DNA from: an uncultured Desulfosarcina sp.
Lineage (GTDB): Bacteria > Desulfobacterota > Desulfobacteria > Desulfobacterales > Desulfosarcinaceae
Length of the DNA: 64,000 bases
Assembly: GCA_963674945.2 (NCBI GenBank)
Contig: CAXXWQ010000003.1
Coordinates: 608,001 to 672,000 of the forward strand
Direction: 5' to 3'
How positions within the stretch are numbered: position 1 is the stretch's first letter; every line of letters starts with the position of its first letter. Shown here in pieces: positions 1-11,096 of the stretch. The position numbers and the translations under genes are program-made. The notes under the pieces are model-generated. The model made no database searches and was not told the DNA's origin. It was given only the letters and a program-made list of their open reading frames with translations.

Positions 1-596
1 GACAGAAGGTTTTCCAAAGGGATGCCAAAAAGGGAGACGGCGGCGGAATTGGCATAGACCACTTTGCCCGTGTACAATTCGATGATCGCTTCCGTCATGC
101 TTTCCAGTATGGTCTCCAGATGGCGGTTTCGTCCCAACAACTCTTTGGTCATACGACGAGCATACACGGGAATCCCACTGACAGAGGCAATTCCTCTAAT
201 CTGTTTACCGGATCTTGATCGACATGGGGTATCGGCATCGGATACGGCAGAGAGAATATGCTTCCCCATCTGCCCGAAAGGCCCTTTTGCAATGCAGGCG
301 TCGACGCCGATCGTGTCGAAGTCCAGGTCCATCTCGGCAATGGCGGCAGAAACGATCACGATATAGCAATGTTTCATATGTGCCATCGTCCGGATGATCT
401 GGCACAATTTGTCTCCGCCGATCTTCGGCAAAATCAGATCGATAAAAGCGATATCCGGTTCATACGAGGTGAGCAGGCTTAAGGCGGAAAGCCCATCTTC
501 GCATGTTTTTACCTCATGCCCTTCCTTCTCCAGAAGATTTGAGAGGAATTTCAAGATCATTCGATTGTCATCGACTACCAGAATCTTCTTTTTCAT
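1..596 (-). CDS. Response regulator receiver + PAS-domain protein (probably a hybrid sensor kinase), runs off the window start
   Basis: Hand translation from ATG at 596: MKKKILVVDDNRMILKFLSNLLEKEGHEV...PDIAFIDLILPKIGG (receiver), then LETILESMTEAII...VVYANSAAVSLFG (PAS-like). Open to position 1; not in the ORF track. Confidence 0.85.
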   Translation of the reverse strand, partial: MKKKILVVDDNRMILKFLSNLLEKEGHEVKTCEDGLSALSLLTSYEPDIAFIDLILPKIGGDKLCQIIRTMAHMKHCYIVIVSAAIAEMDLDFDTIGVDACIAKGPFGQMGKHILSAVSDADTPCRSRSGKQIRGIASVSGIPVYARRMTKELLGRNRHLETILESMTEAIIELYTGKVVYANSAAVSLFGIPLENLL

Positions 597-945
597 GCGA
601 TTGTAATCCGAAAAAATGTGAAATGCCCGGTTCAGGGAATAAAAAGGCAACGGAACACCAGCCGGTCGGTACTTTCGTTCAATGCGCAACAGGTCACGTG
701 ATTATGCGCAAAGGCGTCTGGTACCGTCAAGAAAATAATTGGAAATCCCACCTGGCCACCCTTTGTTTTTATTGACAGCGTTGCTCTGTCCTTCTAAATA
801 GGAACAATGATCAGTTTCTACATGATAATAAAACAAATTGCTCACCTAACGAATCAATGTCGGATAAAGACATCGAAAAACACCCATGACGCCCATCGCA
901 ATTGCAAAGCGAAGGGGAATCCTTACATGGAGAGGCGACGACGCA

Positions 946-1968
946 ATGATGTACTATGAAGATACAATCGATGATTCACGACAATACCTGCGGATTGCCA
1001 TAGAGAAGATGGGCGCATACGGATTGCCGACGGATCCTTTGAATTATTGCGTTTGGTATGAGTACAGCAGCGGAAGAAACCAGACGTTGAACAACGCCAT
1101 CGATGAATTTATCAATAAGAATGGCGTCTTTTCCCAACAGGTCACACAACAATTATACACCCAATTCATCGTCAATGGGGAAGAAAAGGTCAGAACCCTG
1201 GTCCGGGAGAATCTGAAAAGGATATTTTCGGAAATCATCGACGCCATCAAGACCACCAACGCCAACTATTCCCAGTCCGAAACAAATCTGGGAAATATTA
1301 ATGATTCCATTCCGGCCGTTCTTTCCGAGGAGAATGTGGAGATTATCGTCAATCAGATAAAACGGGAAATCAGGAACCTGGAAGCAACCAACGGATCTTT
1401 CCAGGACGAACTCCACAGGGCCACCAAGGAAATTGATCAGCTGAAAGCCAAGATGGCACAATATCGAACGGAAGCATTCATCGATCCGTTGACGCGGGTC
1501 GAAAACCGCCGGGGCTTCGACAAAAGACTCCAGGAAGCCATCAAAAATGCCTCTTCCGAAGATACCCCCCTCTGCTTGATCATGGCCGACATCGATCACT
1601 TTAAATCGATCAATGACAGCCACGGACATCTGGTCGGAGACAACGTTCTCCGCATGGTTGCCGCGACCATCAAGGAAACCATCAAAGGAAAAGACCTGGT
1701 TGCCAGAATCGGTGGTGAAGAGTTTGCCATCCTTTTGCCTGACACCCCCATCCAAGGAGCCATGAAACTGGCCGACAATATGCGAATCAGCTTCGAACGG
1801 CTCGATTTGAAGAAAAAAACCACCGGAGAACGTCTGGGACGGATCACCCTCTCTTTCGGCGTGACAATCTACCAGAAATGTGAGACGGACGAGACCTTCT
1901 TGCAGCGCGCCGACGAGGCGATGTATCGATCGAAAAAAGCGGGAAGGAACAATGTCACCCAATTGTAA
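946..1968 (+). CDS. Diguanylate cyclase (GGDEF) with N-terminal helical/coiled-coil region
   Basis: DPLT..NRR, DIDHFKSINDSHGHLVGD and RIGGEEF motifs. Confidence 0.92.
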   Translation: MMYYEDTIDDSRQYLRIAIEKMGAYGLPTDPLNYCVWYEYSSGRNQTLNNAIDEFINKNGVFSQQVTQQLYTQFIVNGEEKVRTLVRENLKRIFSEIIDAIKTTNANYSQSETNLGNINDSIPAVLSEENVEIIVNQIKREIRNLEATNGSFQDELHRATKEIDQLKAKMAQYRTEAFIDPLTRVENRRGFDKRLQEAIKNASSEDTPLCLIMADIDHFKSINDSHGHLVGDNVLRMVAATIKETIKGKDLVARIGGEEFAILLPDTPIQGAMKLADNMRISFERLDLKKKTTGERLGRITLSFGVTIYQKCETDETFLQRADEAMYRSKKAGRNNVTQL

Positions 1969-2013
1969 ATTTCCAATCATAAACGATCTTCGGATTTCCC
2001 CATCTTTCTTTTG

Positions 2014-2223
2014 ACCTAAGCTGAGCGATTGTCGAGTTTGCCGCAGGTACAAGGAAGATGCTTTTCCGCTATAGTCGCCTATGCGGGAAGGCATCTGACG
2101 CCGTAGATGCGGTAAGATCGGCAATCCCGGAGGGTTTCAAATTTTTGAGGGAATATTGCACCAACGTTCAACGATTTTAAAAACTTACATTAGTTAGAAA
2201 AATTTGAAACGCTCAGCTTGGGT
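2014..2223. repeat. Highly palindromic ~210-nt intergenic element (REP/MITE-like or structured RNA)
   Basis: Terminal IR acctaagctgagcg (2014-2027) / cgctcagcttgggt (2210-2223), 13 of 14 match; perfect inner IR gtttcaaattttt (2134-2146) / aaaaatttgaaac (2198-2210); further nested stems at 2027-2126. Confidence 0.65.
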
Positions 2224-2297
2224 ATGAATATCGTGCCGCACCATGTTGTTACCGTGTCACCGGGATATGCTATAATAAACGGATGGAGGACGATGGC

Positions 2298-3488
2298 ATG
2301 ACTGACAGACTCGTCGAACACTTGGCCGAAGAGACCGAGATTTTAAAGGAAAAAGGCCTGTATAAGGGCGAACGGGTGATCACCTCCGCACAACAGGCCG
2401 CGATTCTGGTCCAGGGCGGAAAAACCGTTATAAACTTTTGCGCAAACAACTACCTGGGCCTTTCCAACCATCCCCAACTGATCGAAACAGCACAAAAAGC
2501 CCTGAAGGAGCATGGATTCGGCATGTCCTCGGTCCGTTTCATCTGCGGGACCCAGGACATCCACAAAAAACTGGAGGCTCGCATCAGTCATTTTCTGGGC
2601 ACGGAAGACACCATATTGTACAGTTCGTGTTTCGATGCCAACGGCGGTTTGTTCGAGGCGATTCTGGATGAAAATGACGCGGTGATCAGCGACGCCTTGA
2701 ACCACGCCAGCATCATCGACGGCATCCGTTTGTGCAAAGCCAGACGATTCCGTTATGAAAACAATAATATGGATGATTTGCAGAGGCAACTGGCAGCGGC
2801 GTCGGACTGCCGATTTCGGCTGATCGCCACCGACGGCGTGTTTTCCATGGATGGTATCATCGCCAATCTGGAAGGAATTTGCGACCTTGCCGATCGGTAC
2901 GATGCCCTTGTCATGGTGGATGATTCCCATGCCGTGGGTTTTCTGGGGGATGGGGGTCGAGGAACACCGGAATATTGCGGTGTATCCCATCGGGTGGATA
3001 TCCTCACCGGAACCCTGGGAAAAGCCCTGGGCGGTGCGTCGGGCGGCTATACATCCGGAAAAAAAGAGATCGTCGGCTGGCTGCGCCAGCGCTCCCGGCC
3101 CTACTTGTTTTCCAATTCCCTGGCACCGGTCATCACCGCCACTTCCATCGCAGCGCTGGAATTGATTGAAACCAATCCTTCCCTTTTGAAACGACTGAGA
3201 GAAAACAGCCGCTATTTCAGACAAGGCATGGAATCTGCCGGCTTTACCCTCGTTCCCGGCCATCATCCCATCATTCCGGTGATGCTGGGCGAAGCGCGGC
3301 TTGCCAATGAAATGGCGGACCGGTTGCTGGAAAGAGGAATCTACGTCGTGGGTTTCAGCTATCCGGTCGTTCCCCATGGAAAGGCCCGCATTCGCACCCA
3401 GATGTCCGCCGCCCATACAAAGGAACACCTGGACCGGGCCATCGACGCATTCATCGGGGTGGGAAAAGAACTGGGCGTCATTCAGTAA
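2298..3488 (+). CDS. kbl: 2-amino-3-ketobutyrate CoA ligase (glycine C-acetyltransferase)
   Basis: [28 protein letters not shown] and [10 protein letters not shown] (PLP lysine); next to tdh. Confidence 0.95.
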   Translation: MTDRLVEHLAEETEILKEKGLYKGERVITSAQQAAILVQGGKTVINFCANNYLGLSNHPQLIETAQKALKEHGFGMSSVRFICGTQDIHKKLEARISHFLGTEDTILYSSCFDANGGLFEAILDENDAVISDALNHASIIDGIRLCKARRFRYENNNMDDLQRQLAAASDCRFRLIATDGVFSMDGIIANLEGICDLADRYDALVMVDDSHAVGFLGDGGRGTPEYCGVSHRVDILTGTLGKALGGASGGYTSGKKEIVGWLRQRSRPYLFSNSLAPVITATSIAALELIETNPSLLKRLRENSRYFRQGMESAGFTLVPGHHPIIPVMLGEARLANEMADRLLERGIYVVGFSYPVVPHGKARIRTQMSAAHTKEHLDRAIDAFIGVGKELGVIQ

Positions 3489-3525
3489 CATACCTGTGTT
3501 GGGTGCTCAATTTCGGGAGAAACCT

Positions 3526-3723
3526 ATGAAAGAGGAAAGAACACAGCTTACAGAATTTTGTCCAAAATGCCAGAGGACGCGAAACATCAATGGTGTCACG
3601 ACCACAAATAGTGTGAACGATGCCCATGGAAATACGAAACATGTTGTTATTATCAACTACCATTGTGAATCGTGTAATACATTCCTTCGGTCAGAGGAAC
3701 TTGAGACGGAGGAAAAAGAGTGA
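3526..3723 (+). CDS. Small zinc-ribbon-like protein (65 aa)
   Basis: RBS ggag before the ATG; CPKC...CESC cysteine pairs; acidic tail. Confidence 0.6.
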   Translation: MKEERTQLTEFCPKCQRTRNINGVTTTNSVNDAHGNTKHVVIINYHCESCNTFLRSEELETEEKE

Positions 3724-3856
3724 GTTTCTGCTCATCCGTGCAGGCAACCGTCTCATGTCAAATTCGGGAGGAAATCACCCAGGGAAAGAGCGCCACAAGA
3801 CCGCTCAATAAGGAAACGATCCCAATGCAATTGACTTTACAAAATCCGGTGCTCCC

Positions 3857-4890
<1,034 letters not shown>

Positions 4891-5032
4891 GGGCACTGGC
4901 AAGTAAACGGAGTTTGTTCCAATGAAATAAAATTGACTTTTCCATACCATCGGATTAGGTATACGCGAATTTGCAATCGTTGCCAATCAACATTGATGAA
5001 GCCATAAAAAGTCAGACTTCAGGAGTTTGTAT

Positions 5033-6079
5033 ATGAAGAAATCGCTCACCTATGCCGATGCCGGTGTGGACATCGACAAGGCGGACGCCCTGGTCGATAC
5101 CATCAAAAAAATCGCCAAAAAGACGAGAAGAATGGGCGTAATGGGTGAAATCGGCGGATTCGGCGGTCTCTTCTCACTGAACACCGCCAACATGGACAGT
5201 CCGGTATTGGTCAGTTCCACGGATGGCGTGGGGACCAAACTCAAGATTGCCTTTCTCATGAATCGTCATGACACGGTGGGCATCGATCTGGTGGCCATGT
5301 GTGTAAACGACATCGCCGTTCAGGGGGCAAGGCCGCTGTTTTTCCTGGATTATTTGGCTACGGGAAGATTGGAGCCCGGAACGGTCACCGACATCATCAC
5401 GGGTATCGGAGAGGGATGCATCCAGGCCGAATGCGCCCTCATCGGCGGTGAGACTGCTGAGATGCCCGGTTTTTACCGGGACAACGAGTACGACCTGGCC
5501 GGTTTTGCAGTGGGTATCGTGGACAACAGCAAGATCGTGGACGGATCGGAAATACGCCCCGGCCACCAGATCATCGGCATCGCCGCCAATGGCCTGCACA
5601 GCAATGGCTATTCTCTGGTTCGCAAGATCTGTTTCGACGTATTGAAACTATCGGTGGACGACCATGTTCCGGAATTGGGAAAGACCTTGGGAGAGGAATT
5701 GATCATACCCACCCGCATCTACTCGGAAACGATTCAGAACCTGATTCGGGATCTGCCCATCCAAGGATTGGCTCATATTACCGGCGGTGGAATAACGGAC
5801 AATATCATCCGGGTGATTCCACAGGCCTGCGGCATCGCCATAAAGAAGGGCTCCTGGGATGTACCCCCCATCTTCCCGTTTTTGCAGCAGGCCGGAAACG
5901 TCAGTGAGAAGGAGATGATGCGCACCTTCAACAACGGGATCGGCCTGGTTGCCGTGGTTCCCGAAAAAAGTGCCCAGGACGTGCAAAACCGGCTTACCGG
6001 CAGCGGGGAAAAAGCCTGGGTCATCGGCGAGGTAACCAAAATGAGGAAGAATGCCCGTTCCCGGGTCAAATGGGTATGA
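5033..6079 (+). CDS. purM: Phosphoribosylformylglycinamidine cyclo-ligase
   Basis: YADAGVDI, STDGVGTK, GGETAEMPG and GLHSNGYSL motifs. Confidence 0.97.
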   Translation: MKKSLTYADAGVDIDKADALVDTIKKIAKKTRRMGVMGEIGGFGGLFSLNTANMDSPVLVSSTDGVGTKLKIAFLMNRHDTVGIDLVAMCVNDIAVQGARPLFFLDYLATGRLEPGTVTDIITGIGEGCIQAECALIGGETAEMPGFYRDNEYDLAGFAVGIVDNSKIVDGSEIRPGHQIIGIAANGLHSNGYSLVRKICFDVLKLSVDDHVPELGKTLGEELIIPTRIYSETIQNLIRDLPIQGLAHITGGGITDNIIRVIPQACGIAIKKGSWDVPPIFPFLQQAGNVSEKEMMRTFNNGIGLVAVVPEKSAQDVQNRLTGSGEKAWVIGEVTKMRKNARSRVKWV

Positions 6080-6080
6080 C

Positions 6081-6230
6081 ATGGCGGCTTCGTAAAAAGT
6101 CCGATATCGGCGTTACGCTTCATCCCTCGTCACTGCGGAGTACTATATGTACGCTGCCTACGGCACCCGCGATAGCGGTATTCTCGAGATTCGCAAGCCT
6201 TGATCTCGAACTTTTTACGAAGCCGCCCAT
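6081..6230. repeat. ~150-nt element with 18-bp perfect terminal inverted repeats (MITE/REP-like)
   Basis: ggcggcttcgtaaaaagt (6083-6100) / actttttacgaagccgcc (6210-6227); a related copy lies at 34351. Confidence 0.75.
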
Positions 6231-6400
6231 AATATGATTTTTTACGGGTTCATCATAACATGATCAAAAAACTCTTCGCTCCGCTTGTTCGGCTGTTTGA
6301 ATGGATTGCCGAAGGCCAGAAAAGAGAGCCGGTTTGCAAAAACTGAGCTGTCAAAAACAGGGGCTCCGGTCGGATCCCCTCCAAGAAATAGTCGTTTACC

Positions 6401-7441
6401 TTGATCATACTCGGCATAGAATCCTCCTGCGATGAAACGGCGGCAGCCGTGGTGAAAGACGGCAGTCGAATCCTTTCCTCCGAAGTCGCCTCCCAGGTGG
6501 CTGTTCATCATCCTTATGGTGGCGTCGTACCCGAACTGGCTTCCCGAAAGCACATGGAGGCCATCGTTCCCGTCGTCGAAACGGCCGTCGCCACAGCCAA
6601 AATCGACGCCCGCAGGCTCGACGGCGTTGCCGTCACCCAGGGTCCGGGGTTGGTTGGCTCGCTGCTGGTCGGATTTTCCTTCACCAAGGGATTCGCCTTC
6701 GGGCACGGGATTCCGTGGATCGGCGTAGACCATCTGGAGGCACACATCAACTCCGTCTTTCTGGAACCGAATCCGCCTGACTTCCCCTTCGTGGCACTTC
6801 TGGTCTCCGGCGGCCACACCTGCATCTACCACGTGACCGACCATCTTGCATTTCACCGACTCGGACAAACCCGTGACGATGCGGCCGGCGAGGCTTACGA
6901 TAAGGTCGCCAAGATGCTGGGGTTGGGATATCCCGGCGGTGTGATCATCGACCGCCTGGCGGCCCAGGGCGACCCGACCCGGATCCGTTTTTCTCGCCCC
7001 TTTCTCGACAAGCGCCGATTCGATTTCTCCTTCAGCGGTATCAAGTCGGCAGTCCTCCGGTATATCCAAACCAACCCGGAAGCCGCCCAAAAAGACCGGG
7101 CCCACATCGCCGCCGGATTCCAGGCCGCGGTCGTCGAGGTGTTGTCCTTCAAGATCGTCCACGCGGCGAAAAACAAAGGATGCCGTCATCTTGCCGTCGT
7201 GGGCGGCGTCGCCGCCAACCGGGGACTCAGGGAGGCCGTGAACCGGCGTGCAGCCGAATCGGACATCCGTGTCCATATCCCCGCCGTCGATCTTTGCGGT
7301 GACAATGCCGCCATGGTGGCGGCAGTGGGCTATCACCGTCTGATGGCCGGCGAGCGGTCCCATTTGGACGACGACGTCTATTCGCGCGTGAAATTCAGGC
7401 CCGACGCGGTGGAAGTCGTCGAAAAGAAAGCGACTTTATGA
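6401..7441 (+). CDS. tsaD: tRNA N6-adenosine threonylcarbamoyltransferase
   Basis: ILGIESSCDET, GGVVPELASRKH, HLEAH, SGGHT, FSFSGIK and DNAAM motifs. Confidence 0.96.
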   Translation: MIILGIESSCDETAAAVVKDGSRILSSEVASQVAVHHPYGGVVPELASRKHMEAIVPVVETAVATAKIDARRLDGVAVTQGPGLVGSLLVGFSFTKGFAFGHGIPWIGVDHLEAHINSVFLEPNPPDFPFVALLVSGGHTCIYHVTDHLAFHRLGQTRDDAAGEAYDKVAKMLGLGYPGGVIIDRLAAQGDPTRIRFSRPFLDKRRFDFSFSGIKSAVLRYIQTNPEAAQKDRAHIAAGFQAAVVEVLSFKIVHAAKNKGCRHLAVVGGVAANRGLREAVNRRAAESDIRVHIPAVDLCGDNAAMVAAVGYHRLMAGERSHLDDDVYSRVKFRPDAVEVVEKKATL

Positions 7442-8136
7442 GCAAACGGGAAGCGTTGAAAGACTTCTGTTACCAGAAAGTGATTCCCCGCGCCGGTTTG
7501 GTTCTGGTCAAACTCATCTCCCGGACCTATCGGTACCGCATCGTGGGGACAGACCACGAGCGGGCGGCATTGGATACGTACGGCAGCGTCGTCTATGCCT
7601 CCTGGCACCAGCGTTTCTTTCCCGGCATCACCTTCTTTGCCAGTCGCAAACCCATCGCCATCATGATCAGTCAGAGCCGGGACGGCGAAATGATCGCCAG
7701 GGTAGTGGATATCCTGGGCTGGCAGTCGGTTCGCGGCTCATCTACCAGGGGCGGTCTTCGCGCCCTGAAGCGTCTCAAATCCCTGACCCAAAAGGGGTAT
7801 CGCGTGGGGCACATCGTCGATGGCCCCCAGGGACCCTTCGGTGTGATCAAGCCCGGCCTGATCACCATCGCCCAATTCGCCGGCGCCCCCATCGTTCCCG
7901 CCATCATGACCGCCCAACGGTACTGGTCCGCCAACAGCTGGGACCGGTTCATGATCCCCAAACCCTTTACCAAAGTGATCGTCCGTTTCACTCCCCCCAT
8001 TCCCGTTCCCCGCCGGCTGGATGCACCGGCCTTCGAAACCCTTCGGCAAGATGTGGAGAAAGAGATTAAAGAACGATACATCGAGACCGATAATTGGTGG
8101 AGAAGCCCGGAAAAAATCAGACGATATTTTCCATAA
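7438..8136 (+). CDS. Lysophospholipid acyltransferase-family protein (DUF374-like)
   Basis: WH, ISQSRDGE, RGSSTRGG, DGPQGP and SWDRFMIPKPF motifs. Confidence 0.85.
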   Translation: MSKREALKDFCYQKVIPRAGLVLVKLISRTYRYRIVGTDHERAALDTYGSVVYASWHQRFFPGITFFASRKPIAIMISQSRDGEMIARVVDILGWQSVRGSSTRGGLRALKRLKSLTQKGYRVGHIVDGPQGPFGVIKPGLITIAQFAGAPIVPAIMTAQRYWSANSWDRFMIPKPFTKVIVRFTPPIPVPRRLDAPAFETLRQDVEKEIKERYIETDNWWRSPEKIRRYFP

Positions 8137-8252
8137 CACCATAACAAGAAACATGTATCACATGGATTTTCAAACGGATGCGGCCGCACTGTTCCGGAAA
8201 TCCGAAAACTGAGTCACCATTTCTCGCTTTGCGGCGTTGCGAGACAGGAAGG

Positions 8253-9887
8253 ATGGCGAACGCCATGACGGACGCCATGGCCAATGATACCGCCCAATTG
8301 CAAGCCAGGACCCGTTCGACACGGGTCTACCTGGACTACTACAGTCTTGCCGAGGCACCCTTTGCCATCACACCGGATCCGGACTTTCTCTTCTTCTCGG
8401 GTTCTCTCCAGCAGATATTGGAAAAGATCCACTACGCCATTGACGGCCGGATGGGATTCGTCCTGCTCACCGGCGAGGTGGGAACGGGCAAAACCACCGT
8501 TTGCCGAACCTTGCTGGACCGGCTCGACGGAAAGGCGGACACCGTCTACGTGGTCAACCCTTCCGTTTCCGGCCGCGAACTGTTGTCCGGTATCCTCGAC
8601 GACCTGAACGAAACGGTACCGCCCAAAGCAACCAAAAAGGATCTGATCGACAGGCTGAATAACCGGCTGCTCGAAAATGGCGTTCAACGCCCCCTGGTCG
8701 TAATCATCGACGAGGCACAGACCATGCCGCCGGAAACCCTGGAGGATCTTCGCCTGTTATCCAACCTGGAGACGGACAAGCACAAACTCATCCAGGTGAT
8801 TCTGTCCGGCCAGCCCGAGCTTTCCGGACTATTGGAAAAGGCGAGCCTTCGGCAGTTGCGGCAACGCATCGCCATTCATTGCCGACTCACCCCCCTGTCC
8901 GCCGACGAAACGGGCGCCTATATTGCCCGGCGGCTGTTCGTGGCCGGCAACCAGGGACAGGTCCGGTTCTCCCGATCCGCGATACGCCTGATCCACAGGC
9001 GGTCTTGTGGGATTCCACGACTGATCAACAAAATATGCGATTTCGCCCTTACCGCAGGTTATGTGACAGATACATCGACCATCGGAACACCCCATGTACG
9101 AAAGGCGTTGGCGGAGTCGGCGGTTCCCGGTCTCGACACCCTCGGGAAACGATTCGTCGGCCATTCTCTCTTTGGGCCGACAGCTGCCATCGCGGCACTG
9201 ATTCTGCTTATCGTCTCCGGTTTCGGCATCGCTACATGGTCATCCGTGGCAATCGCTCCCGGTGATTCCATGGCGCGTCAAGAAACCGGCAGATCGACGG
9301 TATCGACGACAGCCCGCCGTACACCGGATATGCGCCCCCTTTCCACAACCATGAAAGATAAGATCGCATCCGAAATCCCCGTAACCGACACTCCGGCAGC
9401 CGACAGGGATACCGGCGAGTCCTTGCAGGAGATGGCGCAAACGAACTTTCGATCCACGGTCTATGCACTTCAATTGGGTTCCTATCGTTCGGAAGAATGG
9501 GCCGAACGTGGCGCGGCCCAGTTCGCGGAAAGGGGAATCCCCGCCCAATGGCAGAGGCTGCGTGGTGGAAAGTGGTATCGGGTCTTCACCGGAAAGTTCG
9601 ATACGCTCGATCAGGCAAATCACTACAAAATCGAAAACGGATTGATATCGGCAATGGTCATCAATGCTCCTTTTTCGGTGAAGGTGATCTCCCGGGAACC
9701 GGGCGTCCGCGATACAGATCTTCCGGTGCTTCTTTCCGAGATGGGTTATGACAGCATCATGGAAACAAATGTGACCGGCGACAAAGAGTGCCACACCGGG
9801 GTGTTCAAATCCATGGCGGACGCATCTGCAACCGCCGGGCGAATCAATGGATGCCGCCGTTTGCTGGCCCAGGTGGTCGCCCGATAA
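8253..9887 (+). CDS. ExeA/MshM-family AAA ATPase with a TM helix and a C-terminal SPOR domain
   Basis: PFAITPDP, GEVGTGKT, IIDEAQ, GQPEL and GIPRLIN motifs; C-terminal YALQLGSY...WYRVFTGKF. Start position uncertain. Confidence 0.88.
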   Translation: MANAMTDAMANDTAQLQARTRSTRVYLDYYSLAEAPFAITPDPDFLFFSGSLQQILEKIHYAIDGRMGFVLLTGEVGTGKTTVCRTLLDRLDGKADTVYVVNPSVSGRELLSGILDDLNETVPPKATKKDLIDRLNNRLLENGVQRPLVVIIDEAQTMPPETLEDLRLLSNLETDKHKLIQVILSGQPELSGLLEKASLRQLRQRIAIHCRLTPLSADETGAYIARRLFVAGNQGQVRFSRSAIRLIHRRSCGIPRLINKICDFALTAGYVTDTSTIGTPHVRKALAESAVPGLDTLGKRFVGHSLFGPTAAIAALILLIVSGFGIATWSSVAIAPGDSMARQETGRSTVSTTARRTPDMRPLSTTMKDKIASEIPVTDTPAADRDTGESLQEMAQTNFRSTVYALQLGSYRSEEWAERGAAQFAERGIPAQWQRLRGGKWYRVFTGKFDTLDQANHYKIENGLISAMVINAPFSVKVISREPGVRDTDLPVLLSEMGYDSIMETNVTGDKECHTGVFKSMADASATAGRINGCRRLLAQVVAR

Positions 9888-9934
9888 CCCGACGGCCGAC
9901 CTGAATCGGAAGATGACTGATGTAAGGTGACTTC

Positions 9935-11095
9935 ATGAGTTTGTTGAACGATGCGCTGAGAAAAAAAGATCGGGAGGCGACACGAATGCCCGCACCGGAA
10001 AGTCCCTTCCGGCGCACGGGGCGGTGGAGGAACGTAAAGTGGCTTCTCTGGCCGACCGCGGTCGTTCTGGTGATCTCTTCGGCCCTGGTCGGGATGCACT
10101 TCGTTCCGTCCACCGCCGAAAACCGGCAATTGGCGGCCGACCATAAAGATCCGGGTACCCTGCCCCCATTGGCGGGAAAATCGACGGCAAAAAATGCCGA
10201 CACAACACCACTGCCCCGGCAGGCCCGGGAAGTCGTCCGGATCGATCCACCATCGGCACTGCCGGCGGCAGCCAATGGGAAACATACCGATCCTGCCCGG
10301 CCACGGGATCTTGAGCCCATTCCCCTGCAATTGGGGGTGGTCGAAAAGAAGAGAAGCGTAATCCCACCGCACACGAAAGATCGAAATCATCCCTCCCATG
10401 GCGGCGGTGCCCCAATCGCGACGATGGTCAGTGACAGGCCGGAGGATAGTGACGCGCAAACCAATGCGTCGTCTGGCGTTCCCTCGGACGAAATCGAGCC
10501 CTTCTACCGAAAGGCGCTGACAAACCATCGAGAGGGCCGCCTGGCAGAGGCCCTTCGCCTCTACCGAAAAGTCCTCGCAGCCGATCCCAACCATGAAGGG
10601 GCCATGATGAATCTGGCTGCCATCGCTTTGGCGCAGGCCGACTACCGGCAGGCCCAAACGCTTCTTACGCGACTGGCGCACAGGCAGCCCCGACCGAAGG
10701 GTGTATTGTTGAACCTGGCCATCGCCGCCATCGGCATTGGCGACCATTCGACGGCATTGGCGTATCTGGACCGGGCCGGGCAGGAATCGGATGCGCCGAC
10801 CTGGGACATTCGGTTTCACCGTGCCGTTGCCTACTCCCAACTGAACCGCCCCCAGGACGCACTGGCCCTATACGAAGCAGTGATGGCAGAACGGCCCGAC
10901 GATCCACGGCTTCGATTCAATCTGGCCGTCACCTATGACCGCCTTGGCGATTATGAAAAGGCGCTGCCCCACTATGAAGCAGCCGTCCATCATAACGGCG
11001 CCTCACCGAAAATGGACGAAGCGGCCATCACCCGGCGGATCAGGACCCTTCGACGGCACTTGGATGAAACGCGGCAAGGGGAAAAGGGACAGTAA
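9935..11095 (+). CDS. Membrane-anchored TPR protein (MshN-like)
   Basis: MSLLNDALRK N-terminus, TM helix, Pro-rich linker and several TPR motifs (NLAVTYDRLGDYEKALPHY). Confidence 0.8.
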   Translation: MSLLNDALRKKDREATRMPAPESPFRRTGRWRNVKWLLWPTAVVLVISSALVGMHFVPSTAENRQLAADHKDPGTLPPLAGKSTAKNADTTPLPRQAREVVRIDPPSALPAAANGKHTDPARPRDLEPIPLQLGVVEKKRSVIPPHTKDRNHPSHGGGAPIATMVSDRPEDSDAQTNASSGVPSDEIEPFYRKALTNHREGRLAEALRLYRKVLAADPNHEGAMMNLAAIALAQADYRQAQTLLTRLAHRQPRPKGVLLNLAIAAIGIGDHSTALAYLDRAGQESDAPTWDIRFHRAVAYSQLNRPQDALALYEAVMAERPDDPRLRFNLAVTYDRLGDYEKALPHYEAAVHHNGASPKMDEAAITRRIRTLRRHLDETRQGEKGQ

Positions 11096-11096
11096 C

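Noticed and set aside
640..712. Sigma-54 promoter and enhancer sites (GG..TTGC; two atgcgcaa copies) upstream of the response regulator
   Set aside because: The GG-GC spacing is 9 rather than the required 10, and the repeats alone are insufficient.
829..855. Possible sigma-28 promoter before the GGDEF gene (TAAA-N15-AACGAATC)
   Set aside because: The -10 box matches only the CGA core, which is too weak to call.
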